Shown piece after piece: positions 9,782-22,100 of a stretch of DNA of 64,000 nucleotides. The translations under genes were made by a program, and so were the position numbers. The notes beneath the pieces were generated by a model, which did not search any database, was not told the DNA's origin, and was given only the letters and a program-made list of their open reading frames with translations. Location: contig NC_083448.1 in assembly GCF_020745735.1 (NCBI RefSeq), forward strand, positions 20,458,006-20,522,005, given 5' to 3'. The first letter of the stretch is position 1; every line of letters starts with the position of its first letter. The stretch comes from Hemiscyllium ocellatum. Lineage: Eukaryota.

Positions 9782-12700
9782 GTAAGCTGATGATTTAACC
9801 TCTGTTGTATTTCTGCATTGACTCTAAGAAGTAACAGGCCGGGACTTTGTGAAGCTTCAGAGAGGGCTGCGATAAGATGGTTTTGTATGTTTATGGATTT
9901 TCAAAAGGTGTTTATGTCCCACATTGTAACCCATTTGGAAAAAATTTGCGTGTGGGAATGAAGCAGCAGTTGCAGTACAGATAAAATCCGTCAAAGAGCA
10001 GAATATTTAGCCATGAGCTGCTGTTTTCCAGATACCGTGGGTGGCAAGGTGGCACAGTGGTTAGCACTGCTGCCTCACAGCGCCAGAGACCCGGGTTCAA
10101 TTCCCGACTCAGGCGACTGACTGTGTGGAGTTTGCACGTTCTCCCTGTGTCTGTGTGGGTTTCCTCTGGGTGCTCCGGTTTCCTCCCACAATCCAAAGAT
10201 CTGCAGGTTAGGTGAATTGGCCATGCTAAATTGCCCGTAGTGTTAGGTAAAGGGGTAGGGGAATGGGCGGGTTGCGCTTCGGCGGGTCGGTGTGGACTTG
10301 TTGGGCTGAAGGGCCTGTTTCCACACTGTAAGTAATCTAAACTACCCAGTGATATTTGCAAGGAGTCTGTGTGAACGCCGTTTTTATTTTAGATTGACTG
10401 TAAAAGCTGGGGGGGGGGGGCGGTGCAAGAGGTGATACACAGCTGGGAAAGTGCAGCTTTGTGAAGGACAGGAACAGAATTGGGAAGGACGTAAAGCTGT
10501 TTGGGAAGTGGGCAAATGCAAGAGACAAACTGTGAGACATCCCACTTTGGGAAGAGGGATGAAGGGAACCTACGAACTGGGTAAGGACCATTTTACACAG
10601 CAGCATAATCGAGAGGTCATTGAAAGATGCCACATCAGGTTGACTGCTCGGAAGGGATCATTGATTTTTGTGAAGTGGGACATCAAGTTCAAAAGCAAGG
10701 ATATTATTCTAAACCTTCACAAACTTGAATATAATCTCAGTTCAAGTATTGATCTGGTTCAATCCTTTGGAGAGATTTCCCATGTGATCCCACGATCCAG
10801 GGACTTGTAGAAATAGTGGAGCCTGCAGTTGTTTCCATTAGTTCAGAGAAAGCTGAAGTGAGATTTAACAGAAGTGCTGAAAGTCACAGATAGATTCGAT
10901 GAGGAGACGTTTGTTGACTGTTGGCTAAAATTCAGAAATGTAAGGTACCCAGTCAGAGCACCAGCAGGAAAAAGAGAGGAAATAAGCACTTTTTTTTCCC
11001 CATCGCAAGTTGAGATCGAGAACAACTTGAAACAGGGAACCAACTGAGTGGAGTTCAACCTAGAAAAGTGTCAAGTAATTAGCTTTGGAAGGTCAAATTT
11101 GAATACAAAATACAGGATTCTTGGCAGTGTGGAGGAACAGAGGGATCTTTGGGTCCATGTCCATAGATCCCTCAAAGTTGCCACCCAAGTTGATAGGGTT
11201 CTTTCAAAGGTGTACACTGTGTTGGCTTTCATTAGCAGGGGATTGAGTTGAAGAGCCATGAGGTTATGCTGCAGCTGTTTAGAACCTGGTTAGACTTCAC
11301 TTGGAATATTTTGTCCAGTTCTGGTCGCCTCATCGTAGGAAGGACATGGAAGCTTCAGAGAGAGTCCAGCGGAGATTTATCAGGATGCTGCCTGGACTGG
11401 AAGGCATGTCTTATAAAGAAAGGTTGAGGGAGCTAGGGCACTTCTCATTGGATTGATGAAGGATGAGAGGTGACTTGATCGAGGTCTGCAAGGTGATGAG
11501 AGGCAGAGGTAAGTGGATATCCAGAGACTTTTTCCCAGGGTGGAAATGGCTGTCATGATGGGGGATACTTTTAAGCTAACTGGGGTGCTGGAAAAGCACA
11601 GCAGATCAGGCAGTATCTGAGGAGTAGGAGAATCAACATTTCAGGCATTCGCCCATCATTCCTGATGAAGGACTTATGCCTGAACCGTTAGTTCTCCTGC
11701 TCCTCAGATGCTGCCTGACCTGCTGCGCTGTTCCAGCACCACACTTTTAGAATCTAATGTCCAGCATCTGCAGTCCTGACCTTCTCCTCCTCATAATTTT
11801 AAGATGATTGGAGGAAGGTTTCGGGGAGATGGCAGAGCTAGGTTCTTTACCCAGAGAGTGGCGGGTGTGTGGAATGCACTGCCAGCAGTGGTAATAGAGT
11901 CAGAGACATTAGGGACATTTCAGTGACTGCTGGACAAGCACATGGAAGACAGTAAAATTAAGGGTATGTCAGTTAGTCCGATCTTCGAGTGGGATAAAAG
12001 GTCGGTACGATATCAAGGACTGAAGGGCCTGTACTGTTCAATGTTCTAAAATGTCCAAACTGCAGGAAGGTAGCAGTTGAAGGAAGTTAATTGGATAGCT
12101 CTTTCAAAGAGACAGCAGACCTGATGGGTCAACTAGCCTGTCAGATGGTACAATGATGCTGATGATATTAACATATAAGAACATGCCTGAACTCCAGTGG
12201 GGAGGGATGTTAGATCCTTGAGAAGTGATTTTTGATTGCTTCAACGGAGGGTTGGTGTGAAATCCCTGTGGATGGAATTCCTGTTAGTTAATGTCACCTG
12301 TAAGAGGTGTGAGATGTGCTGTGTGCTTTGAACTTTGGTCTGACTTCAACCCCAGTCCATACTTGGGGTGGGGGTGGGGGGTCACTGAGGTGGATTTGAG
12401 GTTTGGCTTGAACCAGAAAACTGAGTGGCTTGTACCATAGGAAGGTTTAGTTTGTGTGGGATGGAACCTGTCCAGGGAACAAGGCAACTGTCTGTTCCCT
12501 CATCACTGGTTTCTCTTTCCGTTTGGCTGTCTCTCATGGTTGGAGAAACCATTCCAGATCAATCAGTTCAGATTGAGAATTCCAGTGTGTAACCTGCAGG
12601 CTCTGTCAGACACCGGTGAGGGTGGTTGTTTGATACGTTCGGGGGAGTTTGGTGAGTTTGCTCCCATGCCTCACCTTTACTCTTGAGTATTTCCAAACGA

Positions 12701-15700
12701 GTCCCTGAAGATGTTCTATCTTCCCGAGTGAATTTCCTTCATTTCAGTCAGTCTGACACAAGACACTCCCACCTGAGGCAGTGGAGATGTTGACCTGTTC
12801 AGGAAGCTTTAAGGATGTTCGTGAGGTGTTTTCTCTCTCATCTCAGGAATCTCCTGCTATGGTGGTTTTCCGAATGGTGTTAGGAATGTGATGTCATGCG
12901 CGAGTGAGGTGAGCTGGTTTGCGGTAAGGAGCCGCTGGACAGGCTCCGGGTGATCTTGCGCCCTTCCATCTCCCCAGGTTTGTCATATCCCTGCGAAGGC
13001 ACTGTGGGAATAAGGTGCTCACTGAAGGTGCCTGGGCCACCCTTCACTTCAGTCTCAGGTTTAGGTCTGGGTCAGCAGCAGGCTGACCTGGCACTTGGGC
13101 TGAATGCCCTGTCTGCGTTCCTCTTTCAGAGGGTGTTCCCACGTTGTGAAAAATGCTCCACGTTTCTCAGGATCTCCTCACGGATTCCCCTCACTGTGAG
13201 GAAGTGTTTTACTCTGGGAGCTGTTTGGGGCCTTTTATTTCTGGGTGGTGAGAGAGAGAGGCCTGTTTTCTCACAACGACTCAGCGATGGAGCTCAGGGA
13301 CGGCAAACGTACTGGCCACAGCGAGGGGACTCTTTCCTGGTGATCCTCTCTGTCACTTCCACGCGTCACGGCATCTTGCAGGAAGCGCACAGGGATAGTC
13401 CTGTCAGTGCCACAGTTAGACCTGTCTCTCTCCCTCAATGACTCCATTGTGCCTGGTGTGGGCTGTTCCTGAGTGAGGGTCACCAGGTGATGAGCATGTA
13501 CTAGGGCGATCCTTACCACTGCCGAGGTATAGCTCCTCCCTATCCTCACATTCCCACATCGAAACTGGATTGGTTCCTCTGATTGAGAGCCTCTGATGTG
13601 AGATCCCATGCTGTTAGAATGGAGAACAGCACAGGAACGCAGGCCCTTTGGCCCACACTGCTGTGCTGAACATAACACCAAATGAAACTCCTCCCTTCTG
13701 CCTGCCCTTGGTCCATTAGCCCTCCATTTCTCACATGTCTGAAAGCCCCTGTTAGATCTGCTTTCAGCACCACCTCCCTGACAGTGCTCTGACCACAGTC
13801 TTTTATAAAAAAAACCCTGCCCCTCACACCTCCTTTGAACATTTGCCCCCTCTCACCTGCAATGCCCCACACACCTCAGTTTTAGACATTTTAGACAAAG
13901 TTTTGACCATCACTGCGCTGTTGTTTGACGAAGACTAAGAGACAATGTGGCTCATGTTTATCTGTCAGTCACCGATCCAGAAAGCGATGGGTCTCTGCCA
14001 ATGGGATCTTGCTGTGCAGAGGCTGGAGTTGCTGCGTTCCCAACATGACAGGATAGTCACAGCAGTGCCGTGGTGCTGCACTGGCCATGTGGACCTTTCA
14101 GACCCCCTCCACAGCTCCAAGCTGACTGAAGCCGCTATCGAAATTCCCACCCGCTCGCCCTCGCTGGGTCGAGTCTCCCGAACAGCATCGTGGGATTGTG
14201 AATGGGTCGCATGGTCTCCCGGGTCACAGGTGCTATCCAAATGAAATTCCTTTGAATTGCAGTTTGAGTCTTTCTGATGCAGGAATGGGTGTTGATTCAG
14301 ACTTGGTGAGCACTCAGATGGAGGGGAAGGTGTATGGCTGTCAGTGCCAGATCCCAGGCAATGGTGCTGAGCACAATGCCCCATGCTCTCGACCTGCTCT
14401 CACACAGGAGTTTGCAGAGATGGAGCTGCACACGGGGCTGTGGGGCAGACTACACTGACATGGGGGCAACAGAGAACAGAGCAGCTGAAACTTCATCCAC
14501 TGAGAAGTATCACACTCAGAATGAGGGGGGATTAGTCACTGGGTGGACAAAGAGCAGGAAGGGGTGTTCATCACAGGGCGAATGCTTTTGAAAAGCTGCA
14601 CAGATCTGCTGATCGTTTCCCGATAACTGACTGTGCCATTGTATTGAATTGGGAACAGGTCACCCATGAAATGACAGAGCAGGTTTGTGAGTGCAGTGTT
14701 CTCCTCCTGCTGTTCCTGTGGGACAGAGAAGGGACATCACCCATTCACTCAGATACTGTCTGTGTCGAGGGAGCTGTGAACATGAGGGTAGAACAGCAAA
14801 GACCAGAGGTGATTTCATCAAGGATTTCAACGTCCCAGAGAAATGGTACAGACTGGACAGCGAGCACGGGCATGAAAATAGCCAGTTTTCTCCCACTCCC
14901 AGGGCTGATGGCTGCTGGAGATGACAGTCACATGGCACTGAGGGCAAGGTGTGTAAACCTGACCAGAAATAAAAACCCACTATTACTGCACAATCTCAGC
15001 AGGTCTCGCAGTATCTGTGCACAGACAACAACAGGTGGAGGAACCCTGCTTCAGAATAGTGTTGACCTCACGGGAGGATGATCTGCGAACATAAATTGCC
15101 TGAACCCCAGGCTGTCTGTATGATGTAGTTAATTATGTGTCACATTATTCACCCGCCCCTCGTCAGGAAATTGTCACAGTTTTAGTTCAGGGGGTGAACA
15201 GACTGTGGTGAGAACATCAGAATGAAATAGTTCAGAGCAGTTTATGTGCGTCGGGTTGGTTAGAGTGAAGTGGCTTTGGAGTTTACCCTGAACAGATTGT
15301 CACAGTCCTGGTTCGTCACCTCTTCCTGTTCCCCTTGCTCTGCCTCTTCAGGTTGGTTTGTATCTTTGCGATGCTCAGACTCTGACCTGCTGTGTTTTCT
15401 CTCTGTCTTATTTCTCTTGTCTCTCTTCAGAACGCATCTGGACGCGATGACCTTAATGATGCTGAACCCCCTAAGAAACTTGTTTTGGGAAAGAACACAT
15501 TTCATCAGGTGACAATTCCTTGCGACATTGTGACTGACTGTCAACGGGTCATTTCTCTGACCCAGCTACCTTGGCCCATAGTTTGCTTCAGTTGTGCAGA
15601 GGTAATATTTCACCCAGTCTGACTGCACATTCTGAGCAAACACTGTCTCATCAGAACAACCCAAGCTCAGAGAAGTTGACATGAGCTTTCTGTCAAGTGT

Positions 15701-16069
15701 TGACCGATGAGCAGTGATTGAGTTTGCTGGTAAAGGCCGTGGTTTCACTGCTTTGCCATGCCAATCTCACTGAAGGAAGAGGAGATCATCTCCATTTGAA
15801 GAAACTATCCTCCTGTCCAGCAGCCTTTGTGTTTCAGCACTGTGCTGTACCAGCTCCAACCTCTCCAATCCATCAAGTGCACCCCTCACTCTCTTAGACC
15901 AATGGCCCCATTCACGTTGAAATGTAACGATCCTCCCCCTCCTGCTAGACCGTGGGGAAAACAAACCTTTCTGACTGAGCTTCTGTTTGTCTTCCCAAGC
16001 CTTCCTCCCCTCGTTCCTACTCATTGTCTCCATTGAGTTTCCCCACTGTGTCTGTGTGTCTGTGTGTGT

Positions 16070-16103
<34 letters not shown>

Positions 16104-19100
16104 AAGTTCCCCAGGTTAATAGCTGCACTCCCTGTGCTCATACCTGTAAAAGCAGCTGCACTGAAACTAGAGTTGTGTTTCTGTGAATGAAATCTTCTTC
16201 CTTTGCAGACAAAACTCAGCAATGGGACCCCGAGTATGATTGCAGTGAAACAGCATACACCTTCAAGCAGCTATGAGAAACAGAAAGAACAGTGTGTGAA
16301 ATACTTTGACCAGTGGACAGAAACTGATCAGGTGGAATTTGTGGAGAACCTGATTTCCCGAATGTGTCACTATCAGCACGGTCACATCAATTCTTACCTG
16401 AAACCCATGCTGCAGAGGGACTTCATCACTGTGCTCCCAGGTACACTCCGTCAGAGTGCACAGATTAACATTACCCCCTGACCCGCCTGTCACTCCTCTG
16501 TACTGGCCCTTGGAAGAAGCTGTCAGGTGGTTTCACTCTGTGCCCAGTTTGGCAAAACCTTTCCTGATTAACGTTGCTTCCCAATCCCTCGGAAAGTTCG
16601 TGTTAAATGAGCTGCTAGCCTCTGTGTCGAGCGTTCCCATCACAGCGACTCACTCACTGAGTTCCACAAGGGAATTCTGCCCTGCCCGTCTCTGCTCTGT
16701 GTGACATTCCCAGGATCCTGTCTGCTGTGATCCCTGACCCTGGTGTCTGTCTGAAACCCTGTGTCATTGCAAGTTGCTGTTCACTTTCCCCACTCTCCCA
16801 GCGACAGTGTCACTCTGTCCAGCCTTCGCACACAGTGTAGGAGTCCACCATGTCTCCTGTCTTTAACATGCTGCTATCCTTTTCTCTGAAGATCCACCCG
16901 GAATGGGGCCCAGTGCTCTATCTGACATCTAACCACATACTTAGGGTGGTTCCACATCATCATCACCACCACCACCTTGTCTTTGACCCCTGCCCCTTCC
17001 CCAATTTGAAGCTGATCTTTGTTAAACCAGTGAACCTGTCTCCCTTTCCACTGCCTCTGAACCTGATGTATGGGGTCAGGCGGGAGCACACACAGTATGT
17101 TCTCCATGTCATTGAGTGAGCCGTGAACTCTGCAGGCACTGCATAGTGACTGTTCCCCATTCTCTGACCCCGTCCATGGGCAGCACTGTCTCCTCCAAGC
17201 TCCCCCACCCCAGCTCCATGTGCTTCCCAAGCCACCACTCGGTGAGATATTGTTTGAAATGCTCCCTCCGTGATGGAGCCTGACACGGGTCAGAATTGTG
17301 TACAGAGTGTTCTCTGTTGTAACCAGCATGGGAGAAGCTCTGATAGGGAGGTCTGATGTTGGGAAAGTTGAAAGGGTTCAGAAAAGATTTACAAGGATGT
17401 TGCCAGGGTTGGAGGATCTGAGCGACAGGGAGAGGCTGAACAGGCTGGGGCTGTTTTCCCTCGAGCGTCAGAGGCTGAGGGGTGACCTTATAGAGGTTTA
17501 TAAAATCATGATTTGGAGATGCCGGTGTTGGACTGGGGTGGACAAAGTTAAAAATCACACAACACCAGGTTATAGTCCAACAGGTTTAATTGGAAGCACA
17601 CTAGCTTTCGGAGCGACGCTTCTTCATCAGGTGATTGTGGATGAAGGAGCGATGTTCTGAAAGCTAGTGCTTCCAATTAAACCTGTTGGATTATAACCTG
17701 GTGTTGTGTGATTTTAATGAGGGGTATGGATAGGGTAAATAGATAAAGTCTTTTCCCTAGGGTGGGGGGAGTCCAGAACTAGAGGGCATAGGTTCAGGGT
17801 GAGAGGGGAAAGATATAAAAGAGACCAACAGGGCAACTTTTTCACCCAGAGGGTGGAGACTGGAACATTTAAGAAGCATCTGGATGGGTATATGAATAGG
17901 AAGGGTTTGGAGGGATATGGGCCGGGTGCTGGCAGGTGGGACTAGATTAGGTTGGGATATCTGGTCAGCATGGACGGGTTGGGCCGAAGGGTCTGTTTCT
18001 GTGCTGCAGATCTTGATTACTGTATGTTGTAAATGGTCCTGTCCCGTTTTACTAAAAGGACAAAGACTTTGAAAATTGGGAGTGGGGAAAGAAAGAGAGA
18101 GAGAGACAGACAGACAGACAGAGCCATGGTTGAGGGTTTAAGATGGAACTGGCAATCAAGTAACTCCAGTTCAAGAAAGAATGACCAGCCTGCCCACCAG
18201 GTACCCTCCCAGAGACTGGAGGAAATAATGCCCCCAGCCCGGGCCTACATGTCCATGTGGATATTAGTCCAGGATTAGGCAAGAAGAAACACAATCCTGG
18301 GCAGTGCAACACAGTGTTTGACCATTCTGTGAACTGGCAGCCCAAGTACAGTGTTCTCACTGGTGTCTGGCTGTGCTCTGCATCTGTTTCAGATGGTTGA
18401 GATTTCAGGTGGTGACAGAAACATTGAAATCAGCTGCAGGAGTAGGCCATTCGGCCCTTCCAACCTGCACCACCGTTGAATTTGATTGCATGGCTGATCA
18501 TGCAGTCTGAGTATCCCACCCCTGCTTTCTCCCCATACCCCTTGATTCCTTTAGCTGCCTGGACCACATCCACCTCCGCCTTGGATATGGTGGAAGTGGG
18601 ATGCTGGAGATTAGAGTCAAGATTAGAGTGGTGCTGGAAAAGCACAGCAGGTCAGGCAGCATCTGATTCCTGATGAAGGGCTTAGGCTGGAAATGTCAAT
18701 TCTCCTGCTCCTCGGATGTTTCCCGACCTGCTGTGCTTTTCCAGCAACACTCCAGATACATTCAAGAGAGCAGATTAATGAACTGATCCCGACAGCGTCC
18801 TGTGGGAGGGAATTCCTACCACCCCCTCCCCTCCCCCCTGTCCCTGAGCACCGTCCCTACCACCCCCTCCCCTCCCTCCTGTCCCAGAGCACCGTCCACA
18901 GGTTCACAACTCTCAGAGTGAAGACATTCTTCCTCAGCTCAGTCCTGAATGGCTAACCCCGTGTCCTTAAACTGTGAGCCCGAGTTCTGGACTTTCCTCA
19001 CATCAGGAATATTGTACCCGCATCAAGCCTGTCCAGTCCCATCAGGATGTTTCTTTGAGATCCCCTCCCCCCCCCCCACTATTCCAAAACTCCAGTGAGG

Positions 19101-22100
19101 AGAAGCCCAGTTGGTGCCGTCTGTGCTGAGATGTCAGCCCGGCCTGATCCCGGGAATCACGCTGGGGAATCTTGCTTGCACTCCCTCGAGCACCAATCTG
19201 ACTGAATCTAGCGGATTTTCCTCAGCTTGGGAGAGATGATGGAATATTGTCAGGGACAGTGGTGTGGGAGATGTGAGGGGCTGTGTGTGTATATCATGCT
19301 GCCCTTCCGGCCCCCCCCCCCCCCCTGCAGAGGGAGACCTGAGAGTGTGTGTGTGCCAGTGGGAGGCTCTGGGGACTGGCTGGGGAAGCACACAGCCCTT
19401 GAGCTTGTTTTGTCTCTCTGTCGTGCAGCCCGTGGCCTGGATCACATCGCGGAGAACATCCTGTCATTCCTGGATGCCTGCTCCCTGTGTGCAGCCGAGC
19501 TGGTCTGTAAGGAATGGTACCGGGTCATCTCCGATGGCATGCTGTGGAAGAAGCTGATGGAGCGGATGGTGCGCACGGATTCCCTCTGGAAGGGGCTGTC
19601 AGAGAGGAGGGGATGGTAAGGACGGTGCTCAGGGACAGGAGGGAGGGGAGGGGATGGTTGGGACGGTGCTCAGGGACAGGAGGGAGGGGAGGGGATGGTT
19701 GGGACGGTGCTCAGGGACAGGAGGGAGGGGAGGGGGTGGTAGGGACGGTGCTCAGGGACAGGGGGGAGGGGAGGGGATGGTGCTCTGGGACAGGAGGGAG
19801 GGGAGGGGATGGTAGGGACGGTGCTCAGGGACAGGAGGGAGGGGAGGGGGGTGATGGTAGGGACGGTGCTCAGGGACAGGAGGGAGGGGAGGGGATGGTA
19901 GGGACAGTGCTCAGGGACAGGAGGGAGGGGAGGGGGGTGATGGTAGGGACAGTGCTCAGGGACAGGAGGGAGGGGAGGGGGTGGTAAGGACGGTGCTCAG
20001 GGACAGGAGGGAGGGGAGGGGATGGTAGGGACGGTGCTCTGGGACAGGAGGGAGGGGAGGGGGTGGTAGGGACGGTGCTCTGGGACAGGAGGGAGGGGAG
20101 GGGGTGGTAGGGACGGTGCTCTGGGACAGGATGGAGGGGAGGGGATGGTAGGGACGGTGCTCTGGGACAGGAGGGAGGGGAGGGGGTGGTAGGGACGGTG
20201 CTCTGGGACAGGAGGGAGGGGAGGGGGTGGTAGGGACGGTGCTCTGGGACAGGAAGGAGGGGAGGGGATGGTAGGGACGGTGCTCTGGGACAGGAGGGAG
20301 GGGAGGGGGTGGTAGGGATGGTGCTCTGGGACAGGAGGGAGGGGAGGGGATGGTGCTCTGGGACAGGATGGAGGGGAGGGGGTGGTAGGGACGGTGCTCT
20401 GGGACAGGATGGAGGGGAGGGGATGGTAGGGACAGTGCTCTGGGACAGGAGGGAGGGGAGGGGGTGGTAGTGTCGGTGCTCAGGGACAGGAGGGAGGGGA
20501 GGGGGTGGTGCTCTGGGACAGGAGGGAGGGGAGGGGGTGGTGCTCTGGGACAGGAGGGAGGAGAGGGGGTGGTAGTGTCGGTGCTCTGGGACAGTGCCTG
20601 ATTGAGGAGATGTTGTGATGACTGCTCCTGCTGTACAATGTCTGGCTGGTTGTTGTGTTTGTGACGGACGTTGAATAAACCCGGTCCCTCCCTGGCATCT
20701 AGCCAGAGCGAACCCACTCGTGTGGAGTTGCTGGGACATGAATCCAGGTCTAGAGGCAGGGACTCTGCCAGGCTGAGGATAACCTTCAGCATGAAACAAA
20801 CAGCAGCTGCTGTGAAGAGAGGTGAAAGGGTTGGAGAGTCCACGTGTGACGGGCAGATTTCTCACTTGCTCGGAGTATTTTTATGGTGGAATGCAGGTCA
20901 AACATGCTCCGTCCTGGCTTCGGTTACTCAAGGTGCTGTGTCTCACTGTTTCTCCTGAGCCCAACCACGGCCCCACACTCTGTCTGTAATTACCCAGACC
21001 CTGTAAAATCCGCAAACACTGTGGACACTGCAAATCATCAACCAGTACGCAACCTACTGGAAAGACTCTGCAGGTCTGGCTGCATCGCCCTGGAGAGAAA
21101 TCAGGGTTAACATTTCAGATGGAGTCATCCTTTCTCTCAACACCAGATCTGAAACGCTTGAACCCTGATTTCTCTCCAGGGCGATGCAGCCAGACCTGCA
21201 GAGTTTTTCCAGTAGGTTGCGTGCTGGTTGATAATGTGGGAAAACTGGTTACCAGCCTCGGTTTGGAAGGTCAATCAGAAACCAAAAACACACACCTGCT
21301 CCAGGCTAAAAAAACCAGCTTCCCCTTTGCAGAGATGGGCTACCGAGTGGAAAGGGGACAAGAGTTTTTTGTACGAAAGTTCATGAAAGGGAAAACGATG
21401 ACGATGGAGATGGAGTCATCCAGCTGTCCAGCACAGAAACAGTCCCTCCGACCCACCCAGTTTTCTCAGTGTTAGCCTGTGTTTGGTCTATCTGCCTCCA
21501 GACCTCCTCCATCCATGTACCTGTCTCACTGTTTCTGAAATGAACAAACTCACTCCCTCAGACAGCCTGTTCCCCCACCAGCCTCTGTGTTGGAAACAAA
21601 TGCCCCTGGGCACCCTTTTGATTCTCTCCCGTCTCACTTTAAACCCCGTGCTCTCTAGTTTTCGACTCCCCCCAACCACAGGGAGAAACTGTCAGCTATC
21701 TACCTCCTCTGCACCTCTCCTGGTTTTATATACCACTATAAGGTCACCGCTCAGTTTGCTCTGTTCCAGGGAAAATGTCCCAGGATGTACAACCTCTCCT
21801 TTTAACACCATCCTTCCAGTTCTGGTCGTATCCGTCTTCCTCGGTTAATCATTTCCTTTCTCCAGTAGGGTACACGCAGTGTGGTCTCACCACTGTCCTG
21901 TCCAACTCCAACAAGGCTTCCCATCTCCTCTAGTCTGTCATAGCTCTGGCTGATGACAGTGAGCAAGCTGAAAGCTTTCTTCACCACCCTGTCTACCTGC
22001 AACTCCACTTTCAAGGAGCTATGACCCTGTCCCCCTCGGTCTCTTTGTTGAATAACAGTGCCCAAGGCCCGACATTGAATGTACCTAACTCCTGCCCTGG

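Larger units (their letters stand above)
17345..18010 (+). mobile_element. CR1/HER1-type LINE 3' fragment (interrupted at about 17512-17716)
   Basis: [49 protein letters not shown]. Confidence 0.9.
18415..19195 (-). mobile_element. CR1-type LINE 3' fragment with nested Penelope terminus and inverted minisatellite
   Basis: Tail GGAGTAGGCCATTCGGCCC and internal CACAGGTTCACAACTCTC...TTCCTCAGCTCAGTCCT. Confidence 0.65.

Noticed and set aside
10049-10115. tRNA-like A/B boxes (also at about 24942, 32583, 50546 and a fragment near 30345-30380)
   Set aside because: These are SINE heads without a complete cloverleaf, not tRNA genes.
9782-16208. BTRC/FBXW11 alternative N-terminal exons (CSMPRSLWLGC-type and TYNSCARL-type)
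   Set aside because: Not found by eye, and the identified exons join in frame without them. A diverged copy could have been missed.
19514-20865. Long ORFs of 157-331 aa (Pro- or Gly-rich)
   Set aside because: They are translations of the 41-bp minisatellite, with no splice or homology support.
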